From Anaerolineae bacterium (GTDB lineage Bacteria; Chloroflexota; Anaerolineae; S140-20), in assembly GCA_027021705.1 (NCBI GenBank), contig JALUTT010000073.1:37993-101992 (forward strand): 64,000 nucleotides of DNA. Reading direction: 5' to 3'. Positions 58,801 to 64,000 of the stretch are shown here, piece after piece. Position 1 is the first letter of the stretch; each line of letters opens with the position of its first letter. The notes below the pieces were generated by a model. That model was not told the origin of the DNA. It saw nothing but the letters and a program-made list of their open reading frames with translations, and searched no databases. Position numbers and translations under genes: made by a program.

Positions 58801-58977
58801 TCCGGCGGTGACGGCGGTCAGCCCCAGGACGAGGAGCAGCGGAGGGATGAACCAGGTCCTGGCGGGGAAGCTCTCCACCAACACCCGTCCCAGCCCCAAC
58901 CCGAAGACCAGGCTGCCTCCCAGGAGGCCGGCATAGGCCCGCCACCGCCCTGTCCGGTGCCCGCTTACGTAGTCCAC
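55861..58977 (-). CDS. DUF2723 (TMEM260-like GT-C) membrane glycosyltransferase with C-terminal Ig-like domains
   Basis: DTFEFQ...LGVAHPTGYPLY, FWSQAIVAEVYAL, NHLT and DYTVFVHLL...PPGRYQVEVGWY motifs. Confidence 0.88.
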   Translation of the reverse strand: MDYVSGHRTGRWRAYAGLLGGSLVFGLGLGRVLVESFPARTWFIPPLLLVLGLTAVTAGMVARFSRPPTPTFPLPLLLAGLYALWPRVDLLAGWTLVTAGLLLTVLPAWEVIATGRAVPWLLAPLTFAVYLRTLGPTVGQADTFEFQVVAPTLGVAHPTGYPLYILLGWLFSRLPVGHVAWRVNLTSATFATATVVLLYRLIRREGEATGWLPPLLAALALAFSRTFWSQAIVAEVYALHNLFVVLLLTGLASLLPSPGREREEAPRPQGWAAPAAAPPGTPDQDEDEGARKRVRLWQGMLLLVGLSFANHLTTALLLPALLLALVLAPPRMRWRDGAVAIGLLALGLSLYLYIPLRWPALHQGVWMSPGQFWAYVTGQQFSGAFQPAAWRTDPTRYAIVGRLLAEPFGRPGLLLALVGWLWLFRRRWPMALATLLLFLAYAWYGLSYYVPDIAVFLLPAHLVLALWIGLALGALAHLLAHRPTLRALLLTGFALLPLSLFWTNGPAVDQSGQRAAYRWGRRVLQLPIPPGAAILADSEKIAPLYYLQRIEGVRPDLDLLVLGNEALYRAELTRRLGEGQPVYLARYLPGLEGSYHLRALGPLTEVGTAPLTDLPPTARPLPWRFGEVIRLRGVEGPAPGPNGGLGITLYWQADAPVGAVYHVRLRLVDRTGQVWWEEEGRHPANNFYPTIAWKPGEIVPDYHELPPDPARPIGSYRLEVGLFPPFSEEGLEVLPGGGVYASLLDLSPEPPPPPPPARPLRAAFGTTRLLLGADVPEVVPAGGPVEVTLTWQQWGGEGRATSVVVTWGREQGAGKRLLRGPEQQEARWTWQIAPHREARWPVGRPWSERLELTAPAEPGRYTLWVGLEDEAGELLPARCGWLRLGPPWTGCAVARLRVEERAASALANFDNRILLLEAQVGATSLRPGEALPVVLRWQGLQTMEEDYTVFVHLLGPDGRLHGQVDAWPVQGTLPTSRWTPGVVVDDPYQVPLMPDAPPGRYQVEVGWYLLATLQRLPVVDREGRATGDRVIVGEFTVP

Positions 58978-59105
58978 AGTCCGCAGTCCGCAGTCCTCAG
59001 TCCGTCGCTAAGCCGGCTAGGTCGCTTGGTCGGGTGATCCTTGCCCCCCACCCCTTACCCCCTGCCCCTTGCCCCTTGTCCCTTGCCCCCTGCCCCTTGC
59101 CTCCT
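58970..59105. repeat. Mosaic of short tandem repeats: (CAGTCCG) x5 and (GCCCCTT) x9
   Basis: Read directly at 58970-59004 and 59043-59105. Confidence 0.85.
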
Positions 59106-59112
59106 TGGTCGC

Positions 59113-61134
59113 TTAATCACTTGCTCCTTGCCCCTCCCCCGTCCCCTTCTCGGCCCGTTGGAAGTAGTAGCTCAGGATCTCTTGGGCGATGGGAGCGGCG
59201 GTGGCGGACCCCTCCCCTCCGTTGAAGACCCAGACCACCAGGGCGATCTCCGGCTTCTCCACCGGGGCGAAGGCGGTGAACCAGGCGTGGGTGGGGAGTG
59301 GCGGTCCCATCCGGCAGATGCCCGCCTTCTCATCGTCGGGGCCGCAGAAGAACTCGGCGGTACCCGTCTTGCCCGCCACCCGTATGCCCGGCACCTGGGC
59401 CTTCTGGGCTGTGCCGTAGGCGACGGCGGCTTCCATGCCCTGCCGAACCAGGGCCAGGTTTTCGGGAGAGACGGGGACCTGGCGGATCACCTGGGGCTGG
59501 AAGGCGTATAGGACGTTGCCCTCTACGTCGGTGATCTGGTAGAGGAGCTGGGGACGGTAGAGGATCCCGCCGTTGGCCACCGCCGCCGTGGCGTTGAGGA
59601 TCTGGAGGGGTGTCGCCAGCAGGAAGCCCTGCCCGATGGACATATTGTAGGTGTCGCCGGTAGACCAGGTCTCGCCGTAGGTTCGGCGCTTCCAGGTGGG
59701 GTCGGGGACCAGCCCGGCAGCCTCGGCCGGCAGGTCTATCCCCGTCGGCTCCCCCAGTCCGAAGAGGCGGGCGTACTCGGCCAGCTTCTGAATCCCCAGC
59801 CCCTCGATCTCCTGTTCCTCGAAACCTCCGCCGACCTTGTAGAAAAAGATGTCGCAGGACTGGGCCAGGGCGTCCACCACGTTCAGGGGGCCGTGGGAGC
59901 CGCCCCGGTTCAGGTAGATCCAGCAGACGAACTTCTGGGCCCGGCCCGGGTCCTTGGGGTAGTACTTGTTGGGCAGGTAGACGACCCCCTCGCCCTGGAT
60001 GATGGTGCGCTCGTCTATGACCCCTTCCTGAAGGGCAGCGGCGGCGGTGACGATCTTGAAGGTGGACCCCGGCGGAGGCTGATCTCCGATGGCGTGGTTG
60101 AGGAAGGGGTGGTGAGGGTCCTGGAGCAGGGCCTGATAGGTCTCCGGCGGGATCCCCTGGGTGAAGAGGTTGTTGTCGTAGGTGGGCAGGCTGACCAGGG
60201 CCAGGACTTCGCCCGTCTGGGGGTTCATCGCGATGACGACCCCCCGGCGGGCACCCACCTTCTCCATCCCCCGTCGCAGGGCCATATAGGCCGCCCGCTG
60301 CAGGTCCAGGTCCAGGGTGAGCACGACGTTGTGGCCGGGGACGGGTTGGATCGGCTCACCCAGAGTGCGGATGACCTGCCGCTGGACGTTCTCCTCGACG
60401 TAGCGTCGCCCTTTGGAGCCCCGCAGTTCCTTCTCGTACTGATACTCGATCCCCGTCAGCCCCACCAGATCGGTGTCGGGATCGTACCCCAGGGCTTCGT
60501 AGGCGTCGGCCTGCTCCTCGGGGATGCGCCCCACGTAGCCGATCGCGCTGGCGGTGAGGGGACCGGTTGGGTAGGCCCGACCGGGGGCCACCTGGACGTA
60601 GACGCCGGGCATGGTCAGGGCCTCTTCCAGCAGGATCATCGCCGTCTCTCGATCCACGTTCCGCTTGAGGACCACCGGTTCGTAGGGGACCAGCAGTCCT
60701 TCGTTGACCCGCTCTCGGATGCCCTTCTCCCCGGCCCCCTGGGGGGAGGTGGTGGCCGTGCGGTTGGTGACGGGGATCTCCAGCAGTTCGCTGAGCCGGC
60801 GGTAGATGCGGTCGAGGGCTTCTTCGTCGTCGGGTAGGTAGGCGGGGACGACGGCTACCTCGAAGGAGGGGACGTTGCGCACCAGGGGCCGGCCGTGGCG
60901 GTCGTAGATCAGCCCCCGAGGGGCCTCAATGGGGACCACCCGCAGCCGGTTTAGGGTCGCCGCCAACTGGTACTCCCCGCCTTCGAGGATCTGGAGCTGC
61001 CAGAGCCTCACGATGAAGATGAGGAGCACCGCCAGCATCACCCCACCGATAAAGAGGATTCGGTGGGAGGAGCGGCCTGCGTTCTCCGGTGGGTTCTCCC
61101 GTTCTGCCTTGAGCGGTAGCCGATTGAGGATCAC
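59113..61134 (-). CDS. mrdA: Penicillin-binding protein 2
   Basis: PRGLIYDR, PPGSTFK, SCD and KTGTAE motifs. Follows mreD. Confidence 0.96.
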   Translation of the reverse strand: MILNRLPLKAERENPPENAGRSSHRILFIGGVMLAVLLIFIVRLWQLQILEGGEYQLAATLNRLRVVPIEAPRGLIYDRHGRPLVRNVPSFEVAVVPAYLPDDEEALDRIYRRLSELLEIPVTNRTATTSPQGAGEKGIRERVNEGLLVPYEPVVLKRNVDRETAMILLEEALTMPGVYVQVAPGRAYPTGPLTASAIGYVGRIPEEQADAYEALGYDPDTDLVGLTGIEYQYEKELRGSKGRRYVEENVQRQVIRTLGEPIQPVPGHNVVLTLDLDLQRAAYMALRRGMEKVGARRGVVIAMNPQTGEVLALVSLPTYDNNLFTQGIPPETYQALLQDPHHPFLNHAIGDQPPPGSTFKIVTAAAALQEGVIDERTIIQGEGVVYLPNKYYPKDPGRAQKFVCWIYLNRGGSHGPLNVVDALAQSCDIFFYKVGGGFEEQEIEGLGIQKLAEYARLFGLGEPTGIDLPAEAAGLVPDPTWKRRTYGETWSTGDTYNMSIGQGFLLATPLQILNATAAVANGGILYRPQLLYQITDVEGNVLYAFQPQVIRQVPVSPENLALVRQGMEAAVAYGTAQKAQVPGIRVAGKTGTAEFFCGPDDEKAGICRMGPPLPTHAWFTAFAPVEKPEIALVVWVFNGGEGSATAAPIAQEILSYYFQRAEKGTGEGQGASD

Positions 61135-61634
61135 GGCAGGAACCCTTGAGGTGCCGATCGCCGATGGACCCAGAGCAGGAAGCCGTAGAGGATCGGCATA
61201 GCGAACCCGTTGACCAAGAGTAGGGGGGCTACCACCCGAAACATAGCGTAGCCCCAGTTGACCGGATAGCCCAGCACCTGCAGGAGGAGCAGGAGGAGCG
61301 TGTGAAAGGTGACGGTGGCGACGGTAACGCTCAGGACCAGGAGCAGCGCGTGACCCCGGAAGAAGCGCCCCTCGTCCAGCCCCGTCAGCAGGCTGACGGG
61401 GAGCAGGGCCAGGGCGGAGATGCCGAAGGGGCCGGCCGAGAGGAGGTCCAGCCCCATCCCGCCGATGACCGCCCAGACTGCTCCCTCCCGTGTCCCTCGC
61501 AACAGACTCCAGCTCAGGACGGCCAGGGTGACCAGGTCGGGGTGGACGCCCAGGGGCCGCACGTAGGGGGAAAGGGTCGTCTCCAGCATGGCCAAGAAGA
61601 GCAGGAAGGGAACGGTGAAGTAGAAGCTGATCAC
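61131..61634 (-). CDS. mreD: Rod shape-determining protein MreD
   Basis: HPDLVTL and GMGLDLLSAGPFG motifs. Hydrophobic. Lies between mreC and mrdA. Confidence 0.92.
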   Translation of the reverse strand: MISFYFTVPFLLFLAMLETTLSPYVRPLGVHPDLVTLAVLSWSLLRGTREGAVWAVIGGMGLDLLSAGPFGISALALLPVSLLTGLDEGRFFRGHALLLVLSVTVATVTFHTLLLLLLQVLGYPVNWGYAMFRVVAPLLLVNGFAMPILYGFLLWVHRRSAPQGFLP

Positions 61635-62524
61635 GGTCCTGTTCCCTCCTCGGCGGGCGGTTCTTCCGGCGACACCGGCGTGAAGTCGGTGATCACCAGC
61701 ACCATCTCCACCCGGTTGAAGTCCACCGCCGGACGCAGGCGGGCGCTCTGGGCCAGCTCGATCTCCTGTCTCTCGACGGCGATTACCTGACCGATGATCA
61801 GGCCACGGGGTAGGTTGCCCCCCAGACCCGACGTCAGCACCAGATCGCCGATCTGGACCGTCTCCTCCTGGGGGATCCAGACCATCCAGAGGCTGCCATC
61901 GGGGCGACCTTCCACCGGGCCGGTGACCCGGGAGCGCTGGATGAGGCCGCTGACCCGGCTGCTCGGATCGGTCAAGAGCTGCACCTTGGCCCAGCGCAGC
62001 CCCACCTGGGCTACTCGCCCGACGAGGGTCCCGCCTTCGGTGACGACGGGCATCCCTACCGCTACCCCATCGGTCTCCCCTCGGTCAATGATCAGGTAGC
62101 GCAGGTAGGGGTTGGGATCGCTGCCGATGACATCCGCTACCTCGACACCGGCCTCGGCCCGGTCAATCACCTCGCTCCCCAGCACCCGGTAGGTGGGGTG
62201 GGCCTGGGCGAAGCCGAGGAGTTCCCGCAGCCGTCGGTTCTCCTCGCTCAGCCCTTGGAGCCGCAGGTTCTCGGCCACCAGGTTGTTATTCTCGGCCTGC
62301 AGCCGGGCGATCTCCTCCTGGAGAGCTTGGATGTCCCGCGAGGTCTCGAAGAGGCTGCTGAGCCCCCCCACGGCGTCGGCCAAGGTTCGCTGGAGCGGGC
62401 TGATGACCAGCAGGGCCAGGTTCTCCAGGGGTTGTAGCTGGCCCGCCTCGTGGAGCGCCAGGCTGAGGACGGTCAGCAGGGTCAGGAGCAGCAGGGTCCA
62501 GGTGCGGCTACCGGAACGGTTCAT
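61631..62524 (-). CDS. mreC: Rod shape-determining protein MreC
   Basis: Coiled coil ENRRLRELL, IDRGETDGV, LVGRV and TSGLGG motifs. Confidence 0.95.
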   Translation of the reverse strand: MNRSGSRTWTLLLLTLLTVLSLALHEAGQLQPLENLALLVISPLQRTLADAVGGLSSLFETSRDIQALQEEIARLQAENNNLVAENLRLQGLSEENRRLRELLGFAQAHPTYRVLGSEVIDRAEAGVEVADVIGSDPNPYLRYLIIDRGETDGVAVGMPVVTEGGTLVGRVAQVGLRWAKVQLLTDPSSRVSGLIQRSRVTGPVEGRPDGSLWMVWIPQEETVQIGDLVLTSGLGGNLPRGLIIGQVIAVERQEIELAQSARLRPAVDFNRVEMVLVITDFTPVSPEEPPAEEGTGP

Positions 62525-62661
62525 CGGACCTGTCTGACGAAACGAGAGCCCGATCCAGGACCGGGCTCAGGCAGCAGGAGGGGCTGGACGGGATCGGTTT
62601 CTCGAATCTCAGGACGGGAGAGTCGGGCCGGACGGCGCCGCGCTCTCAGGGCCGACCGATG

Positions 62662-63774
62662 TCACAGGCCGGTGGGATAGCCGGAGTAACGGGCGTAGGG
62701 AGAGGGGGCCATCGCGCCGCTGTGGCTGCGCCGGTCAGTCCCCACCAGAACCTGGCGCAGGGAGTCCAGGTCCTCCAGGACCTTGTTGGCCCCTCGGGCG
62801 ACGCAGGTCATCGGGTCTTCCGCCAGCCAGGCGCGTATCTTCGTCTCCTCGGAGATGCGCTGGACCAGGCCGTGGAGCTGGGAGCCACCGCCCGCCATGG
62901 CGATGCCCGTTTCCATCAGGTCGGCGATCAGCTCCGGCGGTGTCTCGTCAAGCGTGCTGCGCACCGTCTCGACGATGGTGTTCACCGAGTTGGAGAGGGC
63001 CTCGCGGATCTCGATGCTGCTGACCTCGACGGCATCGGGTAGACCGGTGACCAGGTTCCGGCCTCGCAGCACCATCGTTTTCTCCTCGGGGAGAGGGTGA
63101 GCCGAGCCAATGGCGATCTTGACCCGCTCGGCCATACGCTCGCCGATGAGCAGGTTGTACTTCTGGCGGGCGTACTGCATGATCTCCTCGTCCATCTCAT
63201 CGCCGGCCACCCGGATGGAGCGGCTGACGACGATTCCCCCCAAGGCGAAGACGGCCACTTCCGTCGTTCCGCCGCCGATGTCAATGATCATGCTGCCCCG
63301 GGCCTCGGTGATGGGGAGGCCGGCACCAATGGCCGCCGCCATCGGCTCTTCGATCAGGTAAGCTTCGCGGGCTCCGGCGGAGAGGGCGGCGTCGTAGACG
63401 GCCATCTTCTCCACCTCGGTGACACCACTGGGGATGCCCACGACGACCCGAGGGCGGGGGATGGGGATCAGCAGGTGCTCGTGGGCTTTGGTGATGAAGT
63501 AGCGGAGCATCGCTTCGGTGATCTCGAACTCGGAGATCACCCCATCGCGCAAGGGGCGGATGGCGACGATGTGGGCCGGCGTCCGTCCTACCATCTCCTT
63601 GGCCTCTGCTCCGATGGCCAAGGGCTGGCGGGTCTTCTTGTTGATGGCGACCCAGGAGGGTTCGTTGATGACGATCCCTTTTCCCCGGACGCTGACCAAG
63701 GTGTTCGCCGTGCCCAGATCAATGCCGATGTCCAGGGAGAACAACCCCAGGAGGGCGTTGATAGGGTTCCACAC
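62662..63774 (-). CDS. mreB: Rod shape-determining protein MreB
   Basis: IGIDLGTANTLV, RPLRDGVI, EEPMAAAIGAGL and DIGGGTTEVA motifs. Confidence 0.98.
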   Translation of the reverse strand: MWNPINALLGLFSLDIGIDLGTANTLVSVRGKGIVINEPSWVAINKKTRQPLAIGAEAKEMVGRTPAHIVAIRPLRDGVISEFEITEAMLRYFITKAHEHLLIPIPRPRVVVGIPSGVTEVEKMAVYDAALSAGAREAYLIEEPMAAAIGAGLPITEARGSMIIDIGGGTTEVAVFALGGIVVSRSIRVAGDEMDEEIMQYARQKYNLLIGERMAERVKIAIGSAHPLPEEKTMVLRGRNLVTGLPDAVEVSSIEIREALSNSVNTIVETVRSTLDETPPELIADLMETGIAMAGGGSQLHGLVQRISEETKIRAWLAEDPMTCVARGANKVLEDLDSLRQVLVGTDRRSHSGAMAPSPYARYSGYPTGL

Positions 63775-63837
63775 AGATCGCTCCTTCGCTGCGCAGACCT
63801 GACGGCGTCAGGCGCGTGGGCTTTTGACCAGCCGATG

Positions 63838-63866
63838 ATTATACCACAAATCCAGGGGAGAGCCAA
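63838..63866 (-). promoter_or_regulatory. Sigma70 promoter for the mreB operon
   Basis: TTGGCT-17nt-TATAAT with extended TG. Confidence 0.7.
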
Positions 63867-64000
63867 AAAGGCAATGGCGACCGTCACGAGTTTGGGACAT
63901 CATTCTGAGTTGCCTCCAAAGGCCAGACAACGCTCAGGCCGGCGCAAAGGGAAGCCATCGGCACCTGGCTGATGTCGTAGCCGGCCAACTCCAGCGGGCA

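Noticed and set aside
55822..59037. 1071-aa plus-strand ORF
   Set aside because: Antisense shadow of the DUF2723 gene.
63884..64000. Possible 3' end of a minus-strand CDS at the window edge
   Set aside because: Only 38 open codons with no recognisable motif, so it cannot be supported.

Overview
High-GC bacterial chromosomal window. The gene repertoire (DUF2723 membrane protein, GAF-rich kinases, TPR/STAND proteins, YgeY, HAS-barrel) suggests Chloroflexota/Anaerolineae; this is an inference. The housekeeping backbone is purB (partial), purA, aroA-folB-folK-folE, guaA, pth-mfd, mreBCD-mrdA, glycosyltransferases and FemAB, interleaved with accessory genes. The most notable items are: (1) a promoter with a perfect GAAC-N4-GTTC LexA-type box driving a small cluster of a minimal FtsK ATPase, a 2-TM protein, an unknown protein and a GyrI-like protein; (2) a 155-bp MITE in three copies, each 11-12 nt upstream of a TTGAC -35 hexamer; (3) a four-helix-bundle gene bracketed by inverted heptamer arrays, plus orphan arrays elsewhere; (4) a tRNA-like gene with its own predicted promoter and an aberrant anticodon arm; (5) a 1889-aa trypsin-STAND-repeat protein; (6) a His-kinase operon with three atypical receivers, one fused to a Ser/Thr kinase; (7) a second ~96-bp inverted-repeat element family. 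No CRISPR array, rRNA, transposase or integrase was seen. All family assignments come from motif recognition by eye, not database searches.
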